A stretch of 64,000 nucleotides of DNA, taken from an uncultured Atribacterota bacterium (GTDB lineage: Bacteria; Atribacterota; JALVIU01). The DNA is taken from assembly GCA_964462295.1 (NCBI GenBank), contig CAYWXH010000001.1, positions 452 to 64,451 on the forward strand. The letters run 5' to 3'. The position numbers and the translations under genes were made by a program. Below the pieces are notes generated by a model. The model saw only the letters and a list, made by a program, of their open reading frames with translations, searched no databases and was not told where the DNA came from. This document shows positions 28,898 to 37,856 of the stretch, piece after piece (positions within the stretch are counted from its first letter, which is position 1; each line of letters opens with the position of its first letter).

Positions 28898-29681
28898 TTT
28901 TTTTAAAGATTGTACCATTTTTCTTTAACCAATCATATACTATCCTTCCTTCATTTGGTAGGCTAAAATCCTTCACCCCTAGATCCATATATTTCTTTAT
29001 ATCTTCTTCAGTATAATTTACTCCAAACTCTACTCTGGGCCTTATACCTTTTTCTATTGCTAATTTTATTGTTTTTGCTTCTGCCTCCTTTACCTTTGGA
29101 TGGTTACGTTCCCCAGGATGCCCTATACTCATAGAATAATCATTGGGTCCAAATTGAACCATATCTATACCTTTCACAGATAAAATTTCGTCAAGGTGTT
29201 CTACTGCCTCTCTTTTTTCAATCATGATGGCAATTACTACATCATCCATAGCTTCTACATATGAGGGATGCCCTGACTCTATAAAATATCCTGTGTTCCT
29301 TCTACTTGCCGCTCCATTTAATCCTTTTCTTTCGGGTGTCTCTGCCTTCACTATCTTTACGCATTCTATTACATCTTCATATGTCCTTATATCTGTAAAA
29401 AGTACATTTTGTATTCCTGCGCCAAGCGCCCTTTGTGCAATAAATGCCCTATTGTTTTGATCTATTTTTATCATTGAAGACATATCAAAAAGTTCTATAG
29501 CTCTTGCAATGTTTTCAAGATCGTGTAAGGTCCATGAAGTATATTCTCCCAAAAATTCTATATAGTCAAATAACCCTGTATAGCCTATAATCTCTGCCAT
29601 TCCTGCCCAAGGAGATAACATTCTTGTGGCAAGTGTAGGTTCTCCTTTTCTTATCTTTTCTCTAAGTTTATTTTTCCTCAT
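28887..29681 (-). CDS. HpcH/HpaI-family aldolase (2-keto-3-deoxy acid aldolase / citrate lyase beta-like)
   Basis: 264-aa TIM-barrel protein; PTLATRMLSPWAGMAEI...VLFTDIRT...VQFGPNDYSMSIG is the pattern of the HpcH/HpaI aldolase family. Convergent with birA, overlapping it by 11 bp. Confidence 0.65.
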   Translation of the reverse strand: MRKNKLREKIRKGEPTLATRMLSPWAGMAEIIGYTGLFDYIEFLGEYTSWTLHDLENIARAIELFDMSSMIKIDQNNRAFIAQRALGAGIQNVLFTDIRTYEDVIECVKIVKAETPERKGLNGAASRRNTGYFIESGHPSYVEAMDDVVIAIMIEKREAVEHLDEILSVKGIDMVQFGPNDYSMSIGHPGERNHPKVKEAEAKTIKLAIEKGIRPRVEFGVNYTEEDIKKYMDLGVKDFSLPNEGRIVYDWLKKNGTIFKKIIG

Positions 29682-29961
29682 CTTTTCCTCCCTTTTATTT
29701 AAAATTTATATTATTATATCATAAATTCTCATAGTATAGAAACTTATTAGGGTAAAACCAGAGCGTAGTCTTTTAAATACGTATAGCTACCTTTTTAAAA
29801 AAGAAATTTCGATTTTTGAAGAAAATCTAAAGAAAATCGAGCTATGGTGACATATTTCTGATTAATTATTGCAGATGAAATTTATTGAAACTTAGTGATA
29901 TTTGCTGAATTTTGCTGAAGAGTGTATAATTTTTTAAAACTTCTTAAGGGAGGGTATAGAC

Positions 29962-31230
29962 ATGAAAAGGCTTTTGGTTTTTGGTTTAGTCTTTCTCTTT
30001 TTATTAAGTGTAACAAGTTTTAGTTTTGCAAAACCTATTGAGGTGAAGATGTGGTTTCATTCGGGAAGGGGTGAAGAGAGGGCTGTCATTAATGATCAGG
30101 TAAAGCGCTTCAATAGTATGCAAAATGAGGTAAAAGTTATAGCTGTTCAGCTTCCAGAGGGAAGCTATGCAGAACAGGTAAATGCAGCAGCATTGGCAGG
30201 AGATCTACCTGATATTTTGGATCTTGATGGTCCGTATGTATCAAATTATGCTTGGGCAAAGTATATAAGACCATTGGATGAATTTATATCACCCGAACTC
30301 CGAAAAGATTTCTTACCATCTATTATTTCTCAAGGCCTTTATAATGGTAAGATTTATGCCCTTGGTACATTTGATTCCGGACTTGCTATGTGGGGAAATA
30401 AGAAATACCTGGAGAAGATAGGTGCAAGGATTCCAAAGCATGTTGATGAGGCATGGACATTTACTGAATTTATGAGTATATTGAAAAAGCTTAAGGCATT
30501 AAAAGAAGTAAAGTACCCTATAGATTTCAAGATAAATTATGGCGTAGGTGAGTGGTATACTTATGGATTTTCCCCTATCTTTCAGGCATTTGGTGCAGAC
30601 CTTATAGATAGAAAGACTTATAAGAGTGCAGATGGCATATTGAATGGACCTGAGGCCTTAGCTGCGGCAGCGTGGTTCCAGGCATTGTTTGCACAGAAGT
30701 TTGCAGATTCTAATCCTCCAGGAGATGCTGAATTTATAAATGGTGAGGCCGCTATATCTTGGGTAGGACATTGGGTATGGCAGCCTTATCATAAGGCTTT
30801 GGGAAATGATCTTGTCTTATTACCTATGCCAAAGTTCTTTAAGCAGGCAACGGGAATGGGCTCCTGGGCATGGAGTATTACGACAAAATCTAAGCATCCA
30901 GAAGCAGCATGGAAGTTTTTGGCATTCTTGCTTAAACCAGAAGAGATTCTTAAAATGACTAATGCAAATGGTGCAGTACCATCTCGTTTCAGTGCTATTT
31001 CAAAATCTGAACTCTATAAGAAAGACGGACCTTTGGCTATATTTGTTGAACAACTTAAAACAATCGCAGTTCCAAGACCTGTAACACCTGCATATCCTGC
31101 TATTACTTCATCTTTTGCAAAGGCTATAGATAACATTATAAAGGGTGCAGATATTAGAAAAGAATTAGATAATGCAGTAAAAGAAATAGATCAAGATATA
31201 GAATACAATGCTGGATATCCTATGAAATAG
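29962..31230 (+). CDS. carbohydrate ABC transporter substrate-binding protein (family 1)
   Basis: Signal peptide, 422 aa, extracellular solute-binding family-1 layout; followed by two permeases. Confidence 0.8.
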   Translation: MKRLLVFGLVFLFLLSVTSFSFAKPIEVKMWFHSGRGEERAVINDQVKRFNSMQNEVKVIAVQLPEGSYAEQVNAAALAGDLPDILDLDGPYVSNYAWAKYIRPLDEFISPELRKDFLPSIISQGLYNGKIYALGTFDSGLAMWGNKKYLEKIGARIPKHVDEAWTFTEFMSILKKLKALKEVKYPIDFKINYGVGEWYTYGFSPIFQAFGADLIDRKTYKSADGILNGPEALAAAAWFQALFAQKFADSNPPGDAEFINGEAAISWVGHWVWQPYHKALGNDLVLLPMPKFFKQATGMGSWAWSITTKSKHPEAAWKFLAFLLKPEEILKMTNANGAVPSRFSAISKSELYKKDGPLAIFVEQLKTIAVPRPVTPAYPAITSSFAKAIDNIIKGADIRKELDNAVKEIDQDIEYNAGYPMK

Positions 31231-31245
31231 TATCTTTTCTTTTTT

Positions 31246-31280
31246 GGGTGGGTAGGTTTTTCTATCCACCCATTTCTTTT
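31246..31280 (+). terminator. stem-loop plus U-tract after the substrate-binding-protein gene (attenuating terminator)
   Basis: gggtgggtag-gttttt-ctatccaccc (10-bp stem with one G-U pair) followed by atttctttt. Confidence 0.55.
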
Positions 31281-31297
31281 ATATAAAGGAGCGAATT

Positions 31298-32197
31298 ATG
31301 AAAAGACATTTAAATTTTAGAAGTAATAAAAAGGCAATTCTGTTATTTCTATTGCCTGCTATAATTTTGCTTTTATTTTTTATAATTATCCCCTTTATTA
31401 TGGCATTTTTACTCTCTTTTACTAATCAACGTCTTATCCCTGCGCCTGTACCTACGAAATTTATAGGGGTACTAAATTATAAGATACTCCTTAAAGATGA
31501 ACTTTTTAGAAAAGGTCTTTTAAATACTTTTTATTTTGCATTAATAGTAGTTCCTCTTCAGAGTGCTTTTGCTTTGGGACTTGCCCTTTTGGTTAATAAG
31601 AAGCTAAAGGGTGTAAATTTTTTTAGGACAATATATTTTATTCCTACAGTAACTGTAATGGTTGTTGTGGCTGTAATATGGAGTTTTTTATATCATCCTG
31701 AAGGCCTTATAAATGCCTTTCTTTCTGTTATTACCTTTGGTAAGTGGAAGCCTATAGATTTTCTTAGCAATCCTTATTGGGCTTTTCCTGCTATAATGTT
31801 TATGTCTATTTGGCAGGGAGTAGGATTTCAAATGCTTATATTTTTAGCGGGATTGCAAGATATACCAAAAATACTTTATGAAGCGGCAACTATTGATGGT
31901 GCAAGTGGATGGAAGCAGTTTATATATATTACATTACCTCAATTAAAAAATACCACTACTTTTGTTATAATATCTACAACTATACTTGCATTAAGGCTTT
32001 TTGATCAAGTAAAAATTATGACAAATGGTGGGCCAAGGGGTGCAACATATACCATCATCCTTCATCTTTATAATATGGGATTTAAGAGGTTAAATGTGGG
32101 TTATGCATCTGCCATTACAGTTGTGTTTTTCTTAATAGTCCTTTTGATTTCTGTGGTTCAGAGGGCACTTCTTGGTGAAACAAGGGAGGTGGGATGA
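31298..32197 (+). CDS. carbohydrate ABC transporter permease (MalF-like)
   Basis: 299 aa, 6 TM; EAA-like loop region ...DGASGWKQF... Confidence 0.8.
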   Translation: MKRHLNFRSNKKAILLFLLPAIILLLFFIIIPFIMAFLLSFTNQRLIPAPVPTKFIGVLNYKILLKDELFRKGLLNTFYFALIVVPLQSAFALGLALLVNKKLKGVNFFRTIYFIPTVTVMVVVAVIWSFLYHPEGLINAFLSVITFGKWKPIDFLSNPYWAFPAIMFMSIWQGVGFQMLIFLAGLQDIPKILYEAATIDGASGWKQFIYITLPQLKNTTTFVIISTTILALRLFDQVKIMTNGGPRGATYTIILHLYNMGFKRLNVGYASAITVVFFLIVLLISVVQRALLGETREVG

Positions 32198-33033
32198 TTG
32201 CATAAGACCAAAGTTGTAAACAATGTATTAAGTTATGTGCTTCTTGTTGGGTTTGCCCTTTTCTTTTTATTTCCACTTATATATATGATTTCTACAAGCC
32301 TGAACCCAGATGAAATGAATATACTTAAGATTATGGGTTCTATAAAGGCCTTTTTCCCATCCCATATTTCACTAAAAAATTATGGAGATGTGTTTAGGAG
32401 GATGCCCTTTGGAAGATTTATGTTAAACTCTATAATAGTGGTTTCATCTACTGTTATATTGGGTATTTTTGTAAATAGTATGGCAGCATTTGCCTTGGCA
32501 AGATTTTCATGGAAGGGAAGGGGATTTCTTATAGCGCTCATTGTGGCACTCATGATAATTCCTTTCGAGGCAATAGCTATACCTCTTCTACTTATAGTTA
32601 ATAGACTTGGTTGGCTAGATTCTTATCATGTACAGATTATACCCTTTATTGTAAATCCATTTTATCTATTCCTTTTTTATCAATTTTTTATAGGTTTACC
32701 GAAAGAACTTGAGGAATCAGCACTTATAGATGGGGCAAGTTGGTTTAAGATATACTGGAATATCTCTATTCCATTATCAAAGCCTATTATTGCTAGTGTT
32801 GCAATTCTTCATTTTTTGCAGCACTGGGGTTTTTTCTCTGGCCACTTATGGTGACAAGAGGTTATTCATATAGACCTCTTCCAGTTGCTATGCAGGTCTT
32901 CTTTGGCCAGTATCCAAGGAACTGGGGTGATATCATGGCCTTTGCAGCAATGATGACTGTTCCTGTGATCTTATTGTTTGTATTTTTACAGAGACAGTAT
33001 GTAAATACGGCAAAAACTGCAGGGATAAAATGA
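32198..33033 (+). pseudogene. carbohydrate ABC transporter permease (MalG-like) interrupted by a single-base frameshift in a G4T6 homopolymer (pseudogene or sequencing error)
   Basis: ORF 32198-32854 ends ...LQHWGFFSGHLW*; the +2 frame continues FFLWPLMVTRGYSYRPLPVAMQVFFGQYPRNWGDIMAFAAMMTVPVILLFVFLQRQYV..., the normal MalG C-terminus. The shift maps to tggggtttttt at 32826-32835. Confidence 0.7.
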
Positions 33034-33974
33034 ATAAGAAGATCCTTTTAATAGGAGAATCTTTAATTGATCTTATCTCTGGTAACTATGTAAAGAGTGT
33101 AAAAGATGCAGACTCTTTTACTCCACATCTTGGGGGCTCTCCTTTTAATATAGCAACAATGCTTGGAGATTTAGGATTTAAGCCTTTTTTCCTTACTAGA
33201 ATAGGAGATGATCCTTTTGGATATCTCATTGTAAGAGAATTAGAAGGCAGAGGTGTAGATACTACTTATGTACAGATGGATCCATATAGTCATACTTCTA
33301 TGGTACTTATTGCAAAATCTAAGGAAAATCATGATTTCTTACCTTTAAGAGATGCCGATTATAAATTGGTTTTACCAGATGAAAGTATTATAGATAATCT
33401 TTTAAAAAGAGTGGACATAATTCATTTTAGTAGTTGGCCTATATCTCGTCTCCCTTCTCGACATACTTTAGAAAATATATTGATTAAGGCAAAAAAATAT
33501 GATATAAAAATATGTTTCGATATAAACTATAGACGTAAACTTCTAAATACTAACTTTGATGCCATAAGTTATATAAAAAAATTGTTAAGAGATATTTACA
33601 TGGTAAAACCTTCTGTTGAGGATGCATATGAGATCTTTGGAGAGAAAAGAAATGATGAATATATAGATATGTTTCATCATTTCGGGGTAAAGTATGTGGT
33701 ACTTACATTGGGGAAAAAAGGTGCCTTGGTATCAGATGGGAAAAAGATACAAACCCTTCCGTCTCTTGCAAAACATCCTGTGGATTCGACAGGTGCTGGA
33801 GATGGTTTTTGGGCAGGACTTTATTATGGGATAAGGTTAGGGTATGACATATTTAAATCAGCAGAGATTGGAAGCATTATTGCAGCATTTAAGACAGATT
33901 CTAAAAGTCCAAGTGAGAGGCTCCCTTCCTTGGAGAGGCTTAAAAATATGTATAAAGTTAAGGAGAACTTATGA
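33030..33974 (+). CDS. PfkB-family sugar kinase (fructokinase-like)
   Basis: N-terminal LLIGESLIDLI, C-terminal DSTGAGDGFWAG (PfkB signature 2). Confidence 0.8.
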   Translation: MNKKILLIGESLIDLISGNYVKSVKDADSFTPHLGGSPFNIATMLGDLGFKPFFLTRIGDDPFGYLIVRELEGRGVDTTYVQMDPYSHTSMVLIAKSKENHDFLPLRDADYKLVLPDESIIDNLLKRVDIIHFSSWPISRLPSRHTLENILIKAKKYDIKICFDINYRRKLLNTNFDAISYIKKLLRDIYMVKPSVEDAYEIFGEKRNDEYIDMFHHFGVKYVVLTLGKKGALVSDGKKIQTLPSLAKHPVDSTGAGDGFWAGLYYGIRLGYDIFKSAEIGSIIAAFKTDSKSPSERLPSLERLKNMYKVKENL

Positions 33975-35392
33975 GAGTAGCATTTTTGAATCCTCAAGGT
34001 AATTTTGATTCAAGAGATAGTTATTGGGGGTTACATCCTGATTTTGGTGGCCAATTGGTATATGTAAAAGAGATTTCTACTGTACTTTCTTCATGGGGTA
34101 TAGATGTAGACATAATAACAAGAAGGATTATTGATCCAGACTGGCCTGAATTTTCAGAGCCTATAGAATATTATAAGGGAATAGATAACTTAAGAATCGT
34201 AAGGATTGAGTTCGGTGGCAAAAAATTTTTAAGAAAGGAAAAACTATGGCCATATCTTAAGGATTACGCTAAGGGCATAATAGATTTTTATGAAAGAGAG
34301 GATAGGTTCCCAGACTTTATTACTACTCATTATGGAGATGGTGGAATATCGGGTACCATGATTAATCTATGGACTAAAGTCCCGTACACCTTTACCGCAC
34401 ATTCCTTAGGTGCACCTAAAATGGAAAGGCTTCTTGTAAGTGAAAGGGAAAATTTTAAAGAAATAGATGAAAAGTATAATTTCACAATAAGGATAAATGC
34501 AGAGAGAATAGCTATGAAATATTCTGTAAAAAATATAGTAAATAGTAATGTAGAAAGGTACGATCAATATGGGCATGGGCTTTATAAAGGTTGGATAGAC
34601 ATAAATGATGATAGTCGTTTTGAAACTGTATATCCTGGTGTAAATACGAAAATATTTAACCCTTATCCTAAAGATATAGATACTGAAATAAAGAAGAAAA
34701 TTTTTAAGAAATATCCAAAAAATCACTTGCCTTGGGTTATTCTTTCAAGTAGAATAGATGCAAAGAAGAATCATATAAGTGTAATAAAGGCATATGCAGA
34801 AAATAAGAGATTACAGGATTTAGCTAATATATTTGTCGTAACTCGGGGTATAGATGATGTATTTAAAGATACTCTTTCAAAGAGTGATGAAGGTATATTA
34901 TCCGATATAATATCAGTTATAAAAGAAAATCGTATAGAAGATAAGGTTTTATTTTTTAATATTGAAGGACAACAAGAGCTTGCAGCACTTTATAGGATAG
35001 GTTTTGAAAGGGGTTCAATCTTTGCATTACCTACAATACATGAGCCTTTTGGGCTTGCTATCATAGAGGCCATGGCCTGTGGTCTTCCTGTAATGGCTAC
35101 AAAGCATGGAGGACCTGTAGAAATACTCAAAGAGAGTGGAGAAGAGTATGGACTCTTAATAGATCCTGTAGATACAAAAGATATAGGAGAAGGAATATTA
35201 AAACTTATAACATCTTCTAAGTTATATAAGGAATTTTCAAGAAAGGGAATAAAGCGTGTTAGAGAGAAATTTACTTGGGATAGTGCGGCAAAGAAATATT
35301 TAGATATTATAGAAAAAAATTTGGATAAGACTTTGATAGAACCAGAAATTCCCTCTTACTTTTTGAACGGAAGAGGAATACTATTCTTATAA
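33971..35392 (+). CDS. GT4 (GT-B) glycosyltransferase, sucrose-phosphate-synthase-like
   Basis: N-terminal ...GLHPDFGGQLVYVKEIS (SPS-like GGQ motif); C-terminal EPFGLAIIEAMACGLPVMATKHGGPVEI (GT4 signature); 473 aa. An SPS-like enzyme paired with a fructokinase is known in Halothermothrix. Confidence 0.6.
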   Translation: MRVAFLNPQGNFDSRDSYWGLHPDFGGQLVYVKEISTVLSSWGIDVDIITRRIIDPDWPEFSEPIEYYKGIDNLRIVRIEFGGKKFLRKEKLWPYLKDYAKGIIDFYEREDRFPDFITTHYGDGGISGTMINLWTKVPYTFTAHSLGAPKMERLLVSERENFKEIDEKYNFTIRINAERIAMKYSVKNIVNSNVERYDQYGHGLYKGWIDINDDSRFETVYPGVNTKIFNPYPKDIDTEIKKKIFKKYPKNHLPWVILSSRIDAKKNHISVIKAYAENKRLQDLANIFVVTRGIDDVFKDTLSKSDEGILSDIISVIKENRIEDKVLFFNIEGQQELAALYRIGFERGSIFALPTIHEPFGLAIIEAMACGLPVMATKHGGPVEILKESGEEYGLLIDPVDTKDIGEGILKLITSSKLYKEFSRKGIKRVREKFTWDSAAKKYLDIIEKNLDKTLIEPEIPSYFLNGRGILFL

Positions 35393-35407
35393 TATAGGAG
35401 AGAAGCT

Positions 35408-36154
35408 GTGAAAAATAAAGATATAGGCAGACCCTTGGCTGAGGCGAGAAGACGTCAGATTTTAAAGATTATAAATAAAAGAAAAAGCGTAACAGTTCAA
35501 GAAATTGCACATATGTTGGGAGTATCTTTGTCTACAGTACGAAATGACCTTAATATTTTAGGAAAAAATGGGCTCATATATCGTACACACGGGGGTGCGC
35601 TTACAAAGGAGAAATTTAATCCAGAATATCAAAAAAGTATCTCTCAGTTTTCAGAAGTAAAGGCAAAAATAGCAAGAAAAGCACTTGAATTTGTAGAACC
35701 TAATGATACAATCTTTATTGATTCTGGAAGTACCACACTTGCATTTTCTGAAGAACTTATAGTATCAGACATACCATGTCATGTGATTACTAATTCTCTC
35801 TATATAATAAATACACTTATAGATGCAGAGAATATAACTCTTCATGTTATTGGTGGAGAGTTTAGAAAAAGAACCATGAATTTTATAGACCCTGAGCCAG
35901 ATCTTAGTAAGTACGGTATATTTAAGGCATTTATGGGGATAAGTGTTTTTGATAGAAATGGTTTTTATGTGTCTAATCTATTTGAGGCAAGATTTAAGAA
36001 AATGGTTATAGATATATCTCAGAAGGTTTTTATGTTGGCAGATTCAAGTAAATATGGAAAAACATCTACGGCCCTTATAGAGAAGTGGAAAAAAGATTAT
36101 ATACTAATTACCGATAAAAAGGTAGATATACTTGGAAGTTTAGTCATTGTTTAA
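35408..36154 (+). CDS. DeoR-family transcriptional regulator
   Basis: GTG start after aggagag; HTH VTVQEIAHMLGVSLSTVRNDLNIL; C-terminal sugar-phosphate-binding domain. Confidence 0.8.
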   Translation: MKNKDIGRPLAEARRRQILKIINKRKSVTVQEIAHMLGVSLSTVRNDLNILGKNGLIYRTHGGALTKEKFNPEYQKSISQFSEVKAKIARKALEFVEPNDTIFIDSGSTTLAFSEELIVSDIPCHVITNSLYIINTLIDAENITLHVIGGEFRKRTMNFIDPEPDLSKYGIFKAFMGISVFDRNGFYVSNLFEARFKKMVIDISQKVFMLADSSKYGKTSTALIEKWKKDYILITDKKVDILGSLVIV

Positions 36155-36526
36155 TTTTTTGTAGTTTCCTTGATATAGCTCTCTAGGATATTTTTTTCTG
36201 TTTTTTTCTAATTTCTCAAAGGATGCATCGATTATATCTATATCCAGTTTATTAGCTAAATGAAGAAGGTAGATAAAAACATCCGATATTTCCTCTCCAA
36301 TTTCTTGTAGTTCTTTTTCAGTATATTCCCTTGGTTTTTTGTCTTCCCATTGGAAATGCTCAAGGAGCTCTGCTGCCTCTATAGATACAGAAGTAGCCAG
36401 ATTTTTCGGAGTATGATATTTCTCCCAATTCCTTTCTTTTACGAATTTTTCTATCTCTTCTTGTAATTCTTTTAATCGATTCATATTTAAGTATAACATA
36501 AAAAGTGGAAAAAGTATAGGCATCAT
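36140..36526 (-). CDS. MazG-like nucleotide pyrophosphohydrolase (small, single-domain)
   Basis: LKELQEEIEKFVKERNWEKYHTPKNLATSVSIEAAELLEHFQW is the MazG/YpjD EExxE fold; 128 aa. Convergent with DeoR, overlapping it by 15 bp. Confidence 0.7.
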   Translation of the reverse strand: MMPILFPLFMLYLNMNRLKELQEEIEKFVKERNWEKYHTPKNLATSVSIEAAELLEHFQWEDKKPREYTEKELQEIGEEISDVFIYLLHLANKLDIDIIDASFEKLEKNRKKYPRELYQGNYKKLNND

Positions 36527-36553
36527 CGATGATGCCTATACTTTAACTTACTC

Positions 36554-36832
36554 CTAACTTCCTTCTTCTAATTCTCTTTTTATCTTTTTATATTCCTCTT
36601 CTGTTATCTCACCTTTGGCATATCTTACCTTTATAGCATTTATTGCTTCCTTGGTGAGCTCTTCGTCCCGAGCGTCCTTGCCTTTTATACCCTTTATTGC
36701 ATAGTAGATAACCAAACCTACTATTATTGCAAAAATAAGTCCCATAATCCAACCTCCAAGTGGAAAATTAAAAAAATGTGCAAAATAACACCCTTCTCCT
36801 TCGCCTACAATACCATGAGCATAAGCAATCAT
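36554..36832 (-). CDS. small membrane protein with C-terminal SHOCT domain
   Basis: One TM helix (LIFAIIVGLVIYYAI) then RYAKGEITEEEYKKIKRELEE, the SHOCT motif. Confidence 0.6.
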   Translation of the reverse strand: MIAYAHGIVGEGEGCYFAHFFNFPLGGWIMGLIFAIIVGLVIYYAIKGIKGKDARDEELTKEAINAIKVRYAKGEITEEEYKKIKRELEEGS

Positions 36833-36849
36833 TTTTGCCTTCCCTCCTT

Positions 36850-37122
36850 TTATTTGCCTTTTAGAACTTGATTCATAATTGTCTCAAGCTCCCTGATTTT
36901 TTCATCTATATTTCCAGTTGTTACTGCATCTTTTACACATGTTTCCATATGTTTTTTGAGTACATTCAAATTTGCTTTTTTTATTAGAGACATTACCGCA
37001 AGGAGTTGATTTGATATATCTATACAGTATTCCTGGTTTTCTATCATTTTTTCTATATGTTTTAATTGGCCCTGTGCCATTCTCACAAATTTTAGGGCAG
37101 TTTTATGTTTTGGGTGCTCCAT
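36850..37122 (-). CDS. csoR: CsoR/RcnR-family metal-sensing transcriptional repressor (copper-sensing CsoR-like)
   Basis: 90 aa; KFVRMAQGQLKHIEKMIENQEYCIDISNQL...HMETCV carries the family's W-X-Y-Z metal ligands (C..H..C) in canonical spacing. Divergent from the DUF302-copB genes. Confidence 0.8.
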   Translation of the reverse strand: MEHPKHKTALKFVRMAQGQLKHIEKMIENQEYCIDISNQLLAVMSLIKKANLNVLKKHMETCVKDAVTTGNIDEKIRELETIMNQVLKGK

Positions 37123-37151
37123 TATATCCTCCTTTCATTTTAAATTTATCC

Positions 37152-37165
37152 TACCCCCCTGGGTA
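37152..37165. promoter_or_regulatory. CsoR-type operator 1 (TACCC-N4-GGGTA) in the csoR promoter
   Basis: tacccccctgggta is a perfect 5-4-5 inverted repeat, GC-rich in an AT-rich spacer, lying 14 nt downstream of the csoR -10 on the minus strand. Resembles the B. subtilis CsoR box TACCCTACGGGGGTA. Confidence 0.65.
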
Positions 37166-37178
37166 ACATTTTAATAAG

Positions 37179-37208
37179 AGTATACTACTATAATATAATT
37201 TTGTCAAG
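37179..37208 (-). promoter_or_regulatory. sigma-70-type promoter of csoR (TTGACA-17-TATACT)
   Basis: On the minus strand TTGACA (37202-37207), a 17-nt spacer, then TATACT (37179-37184). Operator 1 and RBS aaaggagg lie downstream. Confidence 0.6.
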
Positions 37209-37251
37209 TCTTATTTTAAATTTTTCCTTATAAATTAATTTAAATTACCCC

Positions 37252-37280
37252 TTGACAAAATAAAATATAGTGGTATACTA
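37252..37280 (+). promoter_or_regulatory. sigma-70-type promoter of the DUF302-copB operon (TTGACA-17-TATACT)
   Basis: ttgaca at 37252-37257, a 17-nt spacer, then tatact at 37275-37280; same architecture as the divergent csoR promoter. Confidence 0.6.
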
Positions 37281-37295
37281 TACTTAAATTTGATA

Positions 37296-37318
37296 TACCC
37301 AACCCAAGGGGGTAGGGA
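37296..37318. promoter_or_regulatory. CsoR-type operator 2 (GC-rich pseudopalindrome) between the -10 and the DUF302 RBS
   Basis: tacccaacccaagggggtaggga; its reverse complement shares CCTACCCCCyTGGG with operator 1. It lies about 16 nt downstream of the -10, the classic roadblock position. Confidence 0.55.
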
Positions 37319-37338
37319 TATTATACAAGGAGGTTAAT

Positions 37339-37722
37339 ATGAGTTACTACTTTAGCAAGAGAGTAAAAGGTGATTTTGAAGAGGTAGTTGGTAGGGTGAA
37401 GGAAGAACTTAGAAAAGAGGGTTTTGGCGTACTTGCTGATTTAGATGTAAAAAAGACTTTAAAAGAAAAATTGGGAGTGGATTTTAGAAATTATAGGATA
37501 TTGGGTGCATGTAACCCTGTTTTTTCTCATGAAGCATTTCAGGCAGAAGATAAAATAGGGACAATGCTTCCATGTAATGTAATTGTACAAGAATGGGAAG
37601 ATGGTGTAGAAGTGACAGCTGTGGATCCTGTTGCATCAATGATGGCAATTGAAAATCCGAAGATAAGGGAAGTTGCCGAGAAAATCCAAGAGAAATTGAA
37701 GGGAGTAATTAATAATGTGTAA
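37339..37722 (+). CDS. DUF302-domain protein
   Basis: 127 aa; FGVLADLDVKKTLKEKLGVDF...YRILGACNP matches DUF302. First gene downstream of the CsoR-controlled promoter; RBS caaggagg. Confidence 0.7.
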   Translation: MSYYFSKRVKGDFEEVVGRVKEELRKEGFGVLADLDVKKTLKEKLGVDFRNYRILGACNPVFSHEAFQAEDKIGTMLPCNVIVQEWEDGVEVTAVDPVASMMAIENPKIREVAEKIQEKLKGVINNV

Positions 37723-37856
37723 AATGGAAAAGAAGGGAAAGAGAGAAAAATGTAAAGGAAAGAAACAAGGGAAAGATATGATGAAAAATAAGATGAAAGA
37801 GAATATGGAAAAATCATCTTCCAAAGTAGAGAAAGTTCATTAGAAATAAGCATGTA

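Noticed and set aside
32848-33033. 61-aa ORF (MVTRGYSYRPLPVAMQ...) listed as an independent gene.
   Set aside because: It is the out-of-frame C-terminal part of the MalG-type permease, split by a homopolymer frameshift, not a separate gene.
37733-37843. Lys/Met-rich 36-aa mini-ORF (MEKKGKREKCKGKKQGKDMMKNKMKENMEK...) between DUF302 and the palindrome; considered as a leader peptide or Met-rich copper peptide.
   Set aside because: No ribosome-binding site, and it has low-complexity AAG/GAA repeat composition typical of non-coding AT-rich spacer. It is probably a chance ORF, kept only as context for the palindrome.
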